From: Adineta vaga
Lineage: Eukaryota > Animalia > Rotifera
Assembly (NCBI GenBank): GCA_021613535.1
Contig: CP075492.1
Span: 4,216,001 to 4,280,000 of the forward strand
DNA: 64,000 nucleotides
Direction: 5' to 3'
Part shown: positions 1-13,890 of the stretch, piece by piece
Layout: the number at the start of each line of letters is the position of its first letter
Numbering within the stretch: position 1 is the stretch's first letter
Made by a program: the position numbers and the translations under genes
Notes under the pieces: model-generated
Seen by the model: the letters and a program-made list of their open reading frames with translations, nothing else
What the model was told of the DNA's origin: nothing
Database searches by the model: none

Positions 1-675
1 TATTTGCTTTACGTTTTCTTTTTCGTCTTCTAGACAGACTATCGGTCATTTTCTTTCTCTTTCTCTCTCTATCTCTCTCCCCGTTCATATCCATCTATCG
101 TTAACGTCATAGACATTCGTCGTTGTTATTGTGATGTTCATCATCTATGCACCTTCGAAAACGAAAGAATAGGACAACGAACATCTTATCTTTCGTTGTC
201 CAATATTGAGGTTAACAAATAGAACTTTCTTTCATAGACGACTCATCCGTTTTCTTTTTCTGTTTGCTACTGTTGCTTAAATTGAGAATGATGCAATAGT
301 TATAACTAACAGGTGCCTCTTTTGTTTGATTCTTTGAATATTTCTTTCTTTTTTTTTTCAAGAATATCGTTCAATGATGGACATGAGTTTGCTTTGTTTT
401 TATTGCCCCAGACGGACAACGCGACTGACCGATTGTATATCGTTTCTTTCTTCTCACCTTCGCCCAAGAGCTACATTGAACCGATTGATAAAGAGTGAAA
501 GTAAATAAATCGACTAGAGTATAGAATCATATTACGACAAAGCGTGTTCGTGATTGTAATCAATTTCTTTAACGAAAAAATCTCTTTCTAGACAGCAGTT
601 AAATATGTAAGTTGAGATTGAGATAAAGTATGAGTTTATCTTTACTTTCAGATGGTTAAGTAGAAAATTTTTCTG

Positions 676-3600
676 ATGGAAAGTGAAATTCTTCAAACAA
701 ATACAATGCAACATCAACAAGATGAAAAAGATGATAGTGGAATTGAACAAGACAATAGTTTTATTTATATACGAATTGCTATCGAAGATTTAAATTTACA
801 AAAAGTACTTAAATTTAATCTTGATGATACTGTTTGGAGTGCAAAACAAAAAGTTTTACAAGTTCTTGTTCGAGTAAGAAGCAATATGATATGTTCGGTT
901 TGATTTATATTTGATTATTTTGTAGGAATTAATCGATGGATTAAATTTTGGATTATACCTACCGCCGAGTAATGGTCGAGCGGGAAAATTTCTTGATGAA
1001 TCTCGTTGTTTAAGAGAATATCCATTAAGTGGATCTGTTAGTTATCTTGAAGTAAGGAATATCTTTGAAAGAGAACCAAAAAATAAAGACGAAGATTTAT
1101 TTGTTTTAGTTTAAATATAAACGACGAGTTTATAAAGCAATTCATCTTGTACAGAAAAATTTGAATTCAAAAGTAAGTCGTCGAATGATTTGAATGAAAG
1201 ATTTTGAATTGATGAGATATGATAAATTTAGATTAGTACAAAGAAATTTATCGAATGTGTCAAAACAAATCAAGTTTCAAAAGTGTCGAGATATTTAGAA
1301 AAAGGATTTGATCCAAATTTTCATCTTTCTAATGATGGTAAGTTCATGAAGTTTACATAGTAGAAGACTTTCAAGAAGACAACGATGAACTATTTATATA
1401 TAATTATAATAAAAAAAAAGAATCATTTCGAAGTCAGGGTTAAACGAATCGATATAACTAACTTCACTTCCACTTCTCTATCTTATATAAGAGTTCATAA
1501 TGACATGCACTTGATAAACAATACGATGAGAGGTTTGAATAAGTACATACTTCTCAAGTTTTGCCTCATATCAATCAACACTGCCTAGAGACATTTGGAT
1601 TTTTCAAAAGAAATAGTTCGCTGATAAGCAACGTGTTTGTTAATTTAGAAACTGCATTATCATGTGCATGTGTTGATTTACTCGAACCTCGATCAATGAT
1701 AATGACCTTGGTCAATGGTGGTGCTCATCTCGACTTTCGAACGCGTAATGGTGGTTTAACACCACTACATAAATCAGCTATACATTATCGAAAAGAATCG
1801 ATTGTCGTAAGTTGTATTGTTTATTTTTGTCAATCCATAGAAATTTTCTTTTTTCTTATTCAAACTAGACACTTCTTGAGCTTGGTGCTTCACCCAATGT
1901 TTATGATGAGAAAGGTTTAACTCCACTCTATCATACAGTTTTAAATAAACAATCGGAATCCATTAATGATTCAGCATATTGTTGTCAATTATTATTGCAA
2001 GATCATTCGATTGTTAATTGTCGAGATGATTATCTATCGTCAGAATTACATCAAGCCTGTCGTCTTGGTCTTGTTCAACATATTGAACATTTACTTTTCT
2101 ATCGAGCTGATATAAATGCAGTTAATGTCGCAGGAAATACTCCTTTACATATTTGTGCGGCAGGAAATCAAGTAAGATTTCCTTAATAATATGTAAAGTT
2201 GATTTTTGAAAATCTTTTTCTTTTTTTTTCTTTAGGAAGCTTGTACTCGTGTTCTTCTGTTTCGTGGTGCTGACACGAATATTGTAAATAAATCAAATCA
2301 AACAGCTTATGAACTTGCATTGGTTTCTCAAAATCCTTCCATAGCTTCGATTATTCAATCGCATAAACCGGATCATATTGTCCCATTTCGCGAAGCACCA
2401 TTAATCAATCCGAAACGTCGATCGGTTTATATCGAAGTTGATAAACATCGAACACGATCATCATCGACAACAACACCATCATTATCCTTAGCTAGTCGAT
2501 CACAAAGTATGCCTAAATTAAATGGTATCAATCTTTTACGTCGAAGTAATTCACCATCAAATGAACCATTTTCTCAACAACATCCATCAAGTCGGAGTTC
2601 ATCACCGAAATCATTTAGTGTTAATAGTGATCATGGATTTGGAAGTGAATGTGCATCTCATTTGTCATCAAGTAAGTCGAAAAGATTTTGATGGAAATCT
2701 TTAGTATTGAATTTATTTTTCAAAATGAAGATTCTCCAAATGCAACTAATGGTTGTTATACATATAAACGAAAACGTTTGTATGCAGCTGCACCTGGTCG
2801 AAAATGTATGTGTATTAAATCGTATCAAGCAAATTCATCTGGAGAATTATCGTTAAGAAAAGGTGATATTGTTGAAAGTAAGATAAAAAAAATTATTCGA
2901 ATGATAGATGATGTGAAAAATTTTGATTTTGTAGTTTTAAGTGTTGGTGAACAAGGATATTTAGAAGGAAGATGTCGAGATTTGGAAGGATGGTTTCCAA
3001 GTAATCATGTTCAAGATATTTGTGTTTTTAGTAAGTATTAAGAAAATTCAATGAATTTCTTCACATAAGATAAGAACAGTTGACATTGAACTAGTTCGTT
3101 TTAAAACTAAAGAAAATTGAGGTCGAAAGTTATTCTTAAATAATGAATATCTTATTCGATTAATTGTAGAAAATAATGAAATGACCAATGGTGATACAAT
3201 TGTTATTAGTCGTGATGCTCTATCTGCATTGATGATCAATAATGATACATGTGCACCACGTACTGTTGTATTACAACGTGGAAAAAAAGGTTTTGGTTTT
3301 GTTCTTCGAGGATCTCGAGGTAAATTCTTCTATTCTATGAAGTTCATATCTATTGATATTTATCTAATCTAGTTGCTGGAAAATTATTTCAACCAACTCC
3401 ATCATTTCCTGCTCTTCAATTCCTTGATAGTATTGAAAAAGGTAGTAACGCTGATAAAGCTGGTTTAAAACAAAATGATTATGTTCTTGAAGTAAGTGTA
3501 ATAGAAAAATATACATTCTTTTCGTAATTTCATACCAAAATGATTAGATCAATGGAATCAATGTTATATCCACACCACATGAAGATTGTGTGAATCTCAT

Positions 3601-6221
3601 TAAACGAGCTGGAGATACTTTAGCATTAAAAGTTGTTACAGTTAACATGCCATCAATGCTTTATTCTCATCAAGAATCACATTATGCTGCTTCTCAATCA
3701 TTACCATTTCGTCGTAAAGGTAAGTTTTTCAAATGAATTATATGATAAGAAAATCTCTTTCAATAGTCCTTCGTCCGAGTCTGAATAAACCTTTCGGTGG
3801 TATGTTCGCACATATTTTTCATATCTCAGCATGATTCTTTTCCTTCTTTTTTTAACTTCGTCACTTGCTTTAGTTTTCTCATCATCAAATAAATCCTTTC
3901 AATCATTGTTTATGAACAAAGGAGAGCATAATACCATCTTAGGTATTTCAAATCAGAATAGAAAAGCTAGCTAACTGCATGAAAAATTTTCACTAAAACA
4001 AAACATAGGAATTCTACTTGATTAATATCTCATATATATGTTTCTATTTTGTAGACGATCTGGATCGAACGTTAGCAGAATATGAATATGGAAGTATGTC
4101 TGAAGCGTATGTATCAATTGCAAAACAAACAATGGACAATATTCATAATGGATCTGCATCACTTCGTTTAAAGTAATGATTTTTCTTTTCTAAATCAACA
4201 AAATAAAAATCAATGTTTTTGTTTTGTGTTTCAAGAAGTAAACCAATGGTACCTGAACGAGATTCTTCTCTTTATGATTGTTTTACAAATACGACTCAAA
4301 ATCAACATGTTTATAACAGATTTCGTCCATTAATTCCTGCTGTTAGTGTTCCAAATCTAACATCTATGACAAATCTTCGTTGTAATTCGAATACGTCATC
4401 GAATGAAGCTGATGAAGAATCATCATTATCATCAATGAACAGTAATCAAATTGTCCAGCAAACAACTTCCATGGAAGAGAATGGCATTGGAATTTATATG
4501 ACACCATCTTTATCTTTAAGTACAACGAATATGTCGACGTTTAAAACAATCATCACTAATAATCCCTTACCGTCGAAACCAAGTGAAGTCAAACGACGAT
4601 CAAATAATCGAAAACAAATCTATGCAACAATTAATCTTAATAATAAAACCATCGAGAATGAAACTTCTGCTACTCCTGCACCACCACCTCCTCCTCCTCC
4701 TCCACCACCATTTCCAATGAATTTTGATTCATTCAATAGAATTCCACCTGCACCAGCACCTTCTATTCAACCAAAACCTATAAAAATCGAATCAGTCGCA
4801 ACAACAAATGATTTTCAAATACAAATTGAACAAGCAAAAAATCGTTTGAAGAGAGTTAGTCTTGAAACATCACCAACAAAAACAATAACAACAATAACAA
4901 CAACAACAACAAAAACCAATGGATTGATTAAATCAACTTATAAAAATCCTTCAAGTAATTATTCTTATTCTAATTGAAAGCAATTGAGAGAAAGAAAACA
5001 CTTGTACTCTTGACATTTTGTTTCTCTTATTTTCATATGACCCTAATAGTTATATGTTTATGTAACTTCTTACTATTGTTATGTAATATATCAATTGTAT
5101 CTACAATCATAACTTTTTTTTTATAAAAAGTTATGTCACAGGAAGTGAGAATGTTATAATCATCATATGTTGAGAAAAGGAAATAGTAATGAGAATTATC
5201 AATATCTATCATAGAGAAACTTACTAAGGTCATTTACACGTTTAAACAATGTCTATAATAATTATTTTTTTAAATTTAATTAGATGATTCAAATAATTAT
5301 CGTTCACCTGAATTGAAAAATATTATTATTGAAGAATTACCACCTACAAATGGTTTTCCTCCTCCACCATCACCAACAACACTTCGTCGTTCAACAACAG
5401 AAAAGTCATCAATCGATCCTCGATTAGATATTAATTTCTCTTCCGTTATTGCACAACGTGCAGCTGCTTCCAAAGCACGACGACATGATAATCTAACTGA
5501 ACTTGAATACAGTTCGAATGGTCTACCACCATCGACAACATTCTACAATCATTGTATTACAACAAATGGCATATCATCACATAGTAAGTAAAAATATTAT
5601 TATGAAATGTGTAGATTAACTGGTTATTTCAGCTCTTCATCACCATCGTTATTAAATTGTTATACAAATTTAATATATTTGTAAGAGATACGTGTGTATA
5701 TCATCTGGGATCTATTTACTTCTTTTTCGGGGTTATTTGTATCTATGAATTGCATGATAAGTCCTATATAGAGAATCAATTTCTTCTGCATGGACATATA
5801 TGTTTTAGTTCTTGTCGTTGTGTGTGTTCATCTTGATGTATGAAAATGTCGTATTACAAATTCATGCTAAAGTTAATCATTTCAAGAGAAATTCTTTGAA
5901 ATTGCCAAAAAAATAATATTCAATAATCGATTGCTCTCTTCTTTTCTTTTGGGAAGAAATTGATCACGCTGTTTTACTAATATACAATTAAAGCTTGACT
6001 ATGCTGGAGCATGTTTGGGAAAATTCTATTCATTCATTTAACATTTTCTTCGCTTCTTATCACATGATATTGTTCAATAGAGAAATTAATTTATCTGGAT
6101 CATTTTAGGTTCATCAAATCCACAACGATTTAGTGCGACAGCGAATCAATTATTAGAGAATCTCAAACGTCGTGGTGGAAATTTAACATCAATGGAACCT
6201 TTAATCAAACATTATAATTAA
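676..6221 (+). CDS. SHANK: SH3 and multiple ankyrin repeat domains protein (Shank/ProSAP), multi-exon
   Basis: Spliced exons give an N-terminal ubiquitin-like/FERM-F0 domain (IRIAIEDLNLQKVLKF...LNFGLYLPPSNGRAGKFLDESR), ankyrin repeats (GGAHLDFRTRNGGLTPLHKSA; GNTPLHICA), SH3 (RKRLYAAAPGR...LSLRKGDIVE...LEGWFP), PDZ (PRTVVLQRGKKGFGFVLRG...FPALQFLDS) and a Pro-rich tail. Candidate terminal exons are at 5633-5655 or 6109-6221. Confidence 0.93.
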
Positions 6222-7522
6222 CTATTGTTTGTTTGAATAAACAATGTGTGTATGTGTGTGTTCTCTTTTATATGCGACTGCAACGAATTTTTTGTTTCTT
6301 TATGTACGTGTGTGTATAGTTTGTTTTAATCAGTGATATTCACAGTCTAGATGTCTGTGTCCCATTTAAAAATGTCGCCTTTGTTTTGTTTATGTTTATA
6401 TTTCTATATTGATTTTTGTTTGACTTCTTTTGCACTCGCATCTTGTCCAGTCACTTTACACACATTCCGTGCGTTTTCAATCGGTTACTCAACACAATAT
6501 AAAGGAGAGATATACATATAAAAAAAAATCTCATAAATCACTTCAAAAGAGTGAATCTTATATGTCATTGTCGGTGAGAATCAACATTGTTGACTTGAAA
6601 TGAATATTATCGAGTACAAAAATTAGCAAATATTCTTCAACCAAGTATACACTCAACCAATGTTTCAGTCGACTATATAATCAACCTAACTAAATACGTG
6701 AAATATAGATAAAATTATTTTATTAACTGTTTCAAATGTATTCTTCGTCATGCATATTATTAAGAACATAAATGATCTTGGATATACTATATTTTGAGCA
6801 CACTAGGATTGTGACTATGCTCCTTTTTTTATTACAAATCATATTGCTGCTACATGCTCTTTGTTATGTATTTTGAGTAATCATCTGTAATGGTTAAAAA
6901 GTGTTACCTAGTTCATTCGAATTTCTGTCCATCGATAGTATAAAATATTAAAAAGATGAAAACAACATCAGTCTTATGTAGCAAAAAATAATAATTAAGA
7001 TGAGAATAAAATGTAGATTCAAGTAAATATTATTGTCACTTCGACTTTATCGATCATGTACATTAATACTGATGATTCACAATTACCTCATTTATATTTC
7101 GAATGTAGCTCATACATTTCCTTCTATGGATGAAAAGAATGCAATTGTGATGCAACAAATGAGATGAACATGTGTTCATTTATGGAGTGCTAATAAACAC
7201 ATCAATAAATCATTCTGCTAAAAATTAGGTGATTCGTATGAATGCTTCATCGGTGGATGCTAACGACCGACATCTTGAAAAACATATTATTTCAATCAAG
7301 CTTATCACGTGTCATTCGTGGTACTTTGAGGAATAGTTCAAAAGTAAATCTTTTCATACGATTACTGAATTACTTTAACGAATAAAACAAGTTTTCTTTT
7401 TTATTAAATCACTTTATTAAATAGAAATAAAAATAATGACACGGAAAGCGTCAACACAAAAAACAAGCACAAGAAAGCAAAGACATATATGTGTAAGTGT
7501 TTCTGCTTTTATGAATTTTTCC

Positions 7523-8647
7523 TTAATGAATTATAATCATCACAATAAATATGAGGAAACTGATAATTGTTGATGAAAATATGACTGTTTCACTATTGGA
7601 TGTTGAAAATCCAGTTGCATAAGATGATTTTGTATAACTTGTGACTGGATTTGATGTGCAGTTGGGTTGAAAATTAGGATAAGTTCCTGGTCCAAAACAA
7701 CCAGTAAGATAAGGATATTTGTTGGTTGCAAAATAACCATAATTACCAATCGCATCATAAAACATACCATTACAAATATCGAAACCTGATGTGACTTGAA
7801 TACCTGATGATAAATATGGACCATAGATAACATGACCATCTTTAGCAATACCAATTACTGTTAAATTTTTTAATGATGAAAATGTTTGAACTGAATAAGC
7901 TGCAACATTATTTAAACATCCAATTTCTGGTGAGCAACCTGTTAAGTTACCCGATGGAGGATTCACCATACATCCGCTTGCAATATGATAGTGCAATTCA
8001 CCACCACCTCCTGGATGCGATAAACATTGTCCTTCCGCTGCATAGCTAGATGGATTTGGATAGAATGGATCAACTAAATTTGCACTATTAACGTTGAAAA
8101 TACTAATACCATCAATAGCTACACCGGCAATTACACTCATTGCCATACTGCGTTGATGCATAACAAAATTGGATGCTGTTGGAACATCTGCATGATTTGA
8201 AATGTTACATAAAAGTTTACTGAGTTCTCCAGCATTTGCTGGTGCTTTATTAGGTGAATTGACACTAACATCAGGATTGAAATTTACTTCAAAATCTATA
8301 TTCAATCCCATAATTGCCGCAGTCAGAGGCACAAGAGAACATCGTCGTGGTAGACCATTGGATTGAATTCGAATACGTACTGTAGAACCATTAATACATG
8401 TTACAGCAAGTTTCTGTTGAAATCTACAAACTCCATTAACCATTTGACCGGGACATGTTACGTTGCTCATTTGTGGACATGATACATTATAACCTTGTGT
8501 ATTTGTAATGTTAACAACTGGACCATTTGTTACTGTTCGAGAAAATTTAGAAGCTATTTGCAGACAATCTTGATATGAATTATTGGCTGCTCCTGACACC
8601 ATACCAATAATAGTTGTTAGTAGAAAAATAAGCGCTAAACGTAACAT
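7523..8647 (-). CDS. Secreted, probably GPI-anchored YHYH-domain protein (intronless, HGT candidate)
   Basis: ATG at 8647 (MLRLALIFLLTTIIG = signal peptide). YHYH-family motifs SNGLP, GVAIDGISIFN, ELHYH, IGIAKDGHVIYGPY, DICNG, YFATNKYPYLTGCF. Ser/Thr spacer followed by a hydrophobic C-terminus. Confidence 0.8.
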   Translation of the reverse strand: MLRLALIFLLTTIIGMVSGAANNSYQDCLQIASKFSRTVTNGPVVNITNTQGYNVSCPQMSNVTCPGQMVNGVCRFQQKLAVTCINGSTVRIRIQSNGLPRRCSLVPLTAAIMGLNIDFEVNFNPDVSVNSPNKAPANAGELSKLLCNISNHADVPTASNFVMHQRSMAMSVIAGVAIDGISIFNVNSANLVDPFYPNPSSYAAEGQCLSHPGGGGELHYHIASGCMVNPPSGNLTGCSPEIGCLNNVAAYSVQTFSSLKNLTVIGIAKDGHVIYGPYLSSGIQVTSGFDICNGMFYDAIGNYGYFATNKYPYLTGCFGPGTYPNFQPNCTSNPVTSYTKSSYATGFSTSNSETVIFSSTIISFLIFIVMIIIH

Positions 8648-9447
8648 TTTTAACAGTGTTAGTTTTCTCAAGAATTTATTTTGCTAACTGAGAGTAAATG
8701 AATAAATTTCTTTGTTTTATATATTTTTTAGACAATCTTCTAAAAAAAAGGGGGAAGGAAAGCTATACAAGAATTGTTTTCTAGATAATAGAGTAAAAAG
8801 CCTGATAAAATAAAACAATTATTTTGATGTTTTTACCTATTCTTGCGTCTTTCTCTGGAGAAAAATCATTAAAGAAAGTTCACCAGGGCTGTATTCTGTT
8901 CTAGAATATCATATGAAAAACGTTCTACTTTTCTTTTTACTTTTAAATGTCACCAATGCTCATCGTAACGTTAAAGTAATAACATTGTTTTTCCTCGCAT
9001 TCTGTTATGAACCAGCATTCCCTTTTTAATTATTTAAATTCAAAGAAGAAAATAGTAAAAACATATTTTTTTCCCCATCATCGCTTCTACTATTGTTTGC
9101 AAACCTTTAATCAAACAAAAGCATCGTCAGTAACCATAGATTTCTTTACTACCATCTTTTTGTTCTGTATTCATCGAATGATAAATTTTGATGAATTCAA
9201 CTTTTAATTGAATTTAATATCATATACTATATTGTTGTACAAAATAAAAAAAGAAAGAAAGAAAGAACATTATGAATGATAGCAGTCGACTATAAGAAAG
9301 AAAGAAAGATCCGATTGAAATAGATTTCTCCTGAAAATTCTCGTTACGTTTGAAATTCACCCGAAAAGAAGAGAGAGAGAGAAAATATTGACTGAATACA
9401 CAAAAGAGAGATTTAAAACAACCGTATGAACAAAAGAAAGATATGAG

Positions 9448-10490
9448 CTAGCGTTTACTATCTTCTTGAAAGAGAATTATAGATGCTGTTGAGGATTGTT
9501 CATCTTCGACTAGATTGAGCGGTGAACGAGCAAGATTTAATGATGATGATGATGATGAATCCGGAGGAACAAAAGATATTGTACCATGCTGAATTTGTGG
9601 ACTAGAAACGAATAAAGACGATGAAAAATATTTTAAATAAAAACAAAATTTCATTTTTACCAAAGTTTATCAAGTGGAATAATACAATTATCAAAATCAA
9701 GTTCAGATATGGGTTCAGAAATGATAATTAAGTCCTCTTTTTTCTTTTTCTTTTTATTTGAATTTATTGGAGGATTTCGTCGTTTTTTCTTCTTTGGTCT
9801 CCAATCATCTTCATCTTCATCATCATTATCAAAATCACCTCTATATTCTTGATCTTCAATTACTATACGACGATGATTATTACTGGAACTGGAAGTTGAA
9901 TCTAAACATTCTCTATTCTACTTTAAAGATCCTTTTCTTATTAATCTTATCTTACCTGTACAAGATCCTCCATCTTCTGGTAAATAATGAATTCCTTCTC
10001 CATTTGAATATTCATCTCCATTTGATCGACTGTCATCGGATGAAGCTGTAATCGTCATAACTTGATCGACGATTCGATTTTTTGCTTGTCGAGATGATCG
10101 TCGACCGACACCTTTGAAGATGAAAGAAAACAAAACCAAAGATGCATTTCAATTGATCTGATATTAACACGAAGAAGAAAACCTGATGAAAACATTCTTT
10201 TTGTTCTTTCTCTCACCGAGACATTTAGCTAAATGATAAGCAAATCGTATGGCAATAATATTTGATTGACCACAATGCGGACAAAGACATGTCTGTTTTT
10301 CAATTGCTGTCGAATGTGTTGGAGAAAATGGCATGAGAAAAGGTTTGTTTTTAATACCATTATTATTTATTTCGAGTTGTTCAACAGGAATACCTTTCAA
10401 TGTTGAATGAATATCATAAACTAAATCAAGTATGAGATCATCCAATTCATTATCAATTATTGTTTGAATAATTATAGATAACTCGTCCAT
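9448..10490 (-). CDS. SGF11: SAGA deubiquitination module subunit Sgf11/ATXN7L3-like, 4 exons
   Basis: N-terminal helix (LDDLILDLVYDIH). Sgf11 zinc finger CPHC...RFAYHLAKCLG spliced to VGRRSSRQAKNRI. Acidic DDEDEDDW-RPKKKK segment in exon 3. Confidence 0.82.
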
Positions 10491-10730
10491 AGAATTCAAA
10501 CAAGATGAATTTTTTGATCTGTAAGAAGAAAGAATTGCCCATTAGTAAAGATTTTTTTTTCTTGCAAAATAGAGAGTGTGAGAGAAAGAAACAGACATAC
10601 ACACACACACACACATACACAAAATACACTGATGATAAATGGTTGACAAACAATGTACAAACAAAAAGACACGAAAAAACAACAATGTACAAATTGTTTT
10701 AGTTTTTAATGTTCAGTTCTGTTGAACCAC

Positions 10731-11790
10731 TTATTGGTACGGTTGAATTGTATACACGTAATTAGGATTTTCACCTGGTTGATCATTTCGAATACAAGTT
10801 ACTACACGAACCTAAAACAGAAAGATACTATTTAATTGAACTAAATGGATGTTTAAATCTTACCGAATGTCCATAAGGTTCGAGTCCATTAGGATTAGCT
10901 GTTGCACCAACTGGTTTAGCAGCAATTGCTTGACCAGGTAACGGAGCTGCAGCTGCTGTTGCTTGTGGTTGAACTTGAACAGTCGTTGCAACTTGAGCTT
11001 GTACCATTGGTCCAGATGTTTGATTAACCTGAGCTTGAGCAACTTGTATACGTAAATCATCGGTTAAGTCACCACCCATAGTCATCGTACGATCATATTT
11101 TGATGCATCACGTACTTTAGTTAAAAATGTTCGTAATGGTTCAACATAAGAATCAAAACCAAGTGTTAACATAGCTAAAATAATATCTTCACCATTAATA
11201 GTTTTACGTTTTTCTTGAAGACATCGATCTGATGCTTCACTGGTAACAAATGAAATAAATTCCGAAACACATCTAATCATGTAAATAGACAAATTGATGT
11301 TTGTTTTGATAGAAAACAGAAACTCACTCTTGAATCGTTTCTTTAGCATCTTTAGCTATTTTGCCTTTTTCGGGTACACCTTTTTTCATAATTTTTGCAA
11401 CATTTGCAATCGGTAAAAATCTATCTTGTTCACGTAGTGGTCCTGAATATCTTGGTAAATCATGAGGATCATTTCCATCATCATATGAACTATCCAATAG
11501 ATGTTGTTGTTGTGATGGTCTACCACGTCCACGATAACTTGATTGTTGTTGATGATGACGACGTTGATGATCATCATCATCCTCCTCTTCATCTTCATCA
11601 AGTTCATCATCGTCTGAATAAGGTGCATCTTCTTTAGTTGGATGATAGGTTCGATAGCATTACCCGTACCAACTGATATTCGATGCATGGAATTATTTTG
11701 ATGAGTAGCTGGTGGAGGACGTGTACCTTGAGTACGACGTCGATGGATTGGACCATCATTAGAATTACCAGAATCGTTGTCTGAATCCAT
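10731..11790 (-). CDS. NFYB: Nuclear transcription factor Y subunit beta
   Basis: Histone-fold sequence [20 protein letters not shown]...[43 protein letters not shown]...[10 protein letters not shown], then a Q/A-rich tail. Last exon ends TAA at 10731. Frame discontinuity near 11650. Confidence 0.93.
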
Positions 11791-13890
11791 GTATATGTTT
11801 GTTGAAGAACGATTCGAGGGGGAAGTCGACCACTGGTCACACGAAGACAGAAGAAAGAATGAATGGAGCGATTTATCAACAAATAAAGGACGAGCAAGCA
11901 ATAGAAAAATGGATATTCATCTTGAATTTTGTCCTTACACAACCAATTATAGGCCTCTAAAGTGACCTCTCTTACTTTAAAGTGTAAATTTTCATAAAAT
12001 AAATTCATTTAAAATATGAAAATTCCTCATATAGTTTTTCTTTCTATGAGATAATAATAATAAAATAAAATTGTATTTAGAAATAGATGTCGCTTTTAAA
12101 GATGAAGACACAATGAATCATAGATAGAGTTATTATTACACGTCGGTCGGTCAAGTCAAGTTGTGTTGCGTTATATTTGATAGATATAAAATATAAACGT
12201 GACCTGCTTTATTTTATCTGAGAAGAACGTACTGTTACGTCATTTTCTCCACTGTTACAGAATAGTAGTTGAATAAAGTTCATGGCTTGTTCATCCTAAT
12301 TAAAATTGAACATTTGACTTTTAAAGAATAGATTTTATGTTGAACAAAGTTTGATTTCGCTAGTTTTCTCATAAGGCGATATATCGAACATTAATAATCA
12401 ATAATGGACAAGCTTTTATCACATTCGCTTCCTATATATATTCACTTATAAGATGTTGAAACATGTGTGTAAATAAATTGTTCTATTTTGAACGCAAAAC
12501 TTACACACGAGAGACGACTGAAATAGAGATAGTATTCATTCGATAATATACCATCTTGATCGAAACGTTATATCAATCAGTTACATAGTATTTATGAAGA
12601 AAAGAGATAATCACATATTAATATAATCTGATAGTCATAATCAATTCAGCTATAATTATCGGATACGTAATGCATTGGCTATGATTTTGTTCACTTCTCT
12701 AGATAAAAAGGATGACTAAACTATTTAGGGTAATATATGTTTTACATACTTTGAAAAATATGATTTGTCTATCAAATTCACCTTTACAACAAGAGAGCTA
12801 AAAGAAAAAAATTAATGAACTGATGGCACATCAATTATATCTTTAGAATACCTTCTAAATCATTTCTTTCTTTTCATTTATCAAACATTTGTTTTCGTAT
12901 TTATTTTTACGAATGTGAAAATTCTTCATTAGTAATCTTATGCAACTATATGTCAGTATCGAAATGAAATTTATTCTCGTAATCATGCTAATATCATACC
13001 TCTTCCTTATGCGACGAACAAGAAGTAAAATGTAAAAAAACAACTAATCTATTAGTGGCAGAAAACGAGTCTAAGAACAAACAGTGAATATACGTGTTTC
13101 GGTATTTTCTTTTCTTTTTCTTGACACATTGTATTAATATTAGCTAGAAGATTTAGAAAATAATAATGTTATTGATGTTTAAATCATATAATGAATGATA
13201 ATCCGAATTGTTTTGTTTTTGTTTGATCTGTATGTCAGGACCATTGTTCTTTTCTTCCCAATTGAAGAAGTACGACCTGGATCCCACAGGAAGACAGCGG
13301 ACAATAGAAACTATATTCAGTTACATTTCAGTGTTAAAAATCTTATTGTTTATTTCTTTTAAGAATAGATGCATTTGGACGTATTCTCTAGCAAAATTAT
13401 GATATACAATTAAGTATGCGTTTTCTTAATCACCATCTGGAACAACGTTAAAAGCGAAGAAATGTTCAATTTTCGGAAACCATGTTTGATTTGTCGAAGA
13501 TATTTTTGTAATCTAATGATAAGAGAGGGACTGATGCTTCTTGTGTTCATTAAACTAAAAAAAAAGAATTGTAAATGTTTCGTCCATTAAGGAGACATAG
13601 CCACATATCGTTAGAAAAGTATTATATAGTTCGACCTATATTTTTATATCATTGAATATAGATTTACTACTAGTGTGCATTGTCTATTCACCCGTAACTC
13701 ACACATGCAGTCATATGACAAAATTTACAAGTTGACATCTGAAAACTCTCTCTAGGAAATGTTCACAGTTGTGCTATTCAAAAGAATAGAAACTAAGAAC
13801 GAAGTTTTGATGTAGTAGAGAATATATCTAATTAACTTATTTGTATATTTTTGAAAAATGAAGTGAATATAGTCATCCGAAGCAAAATAA

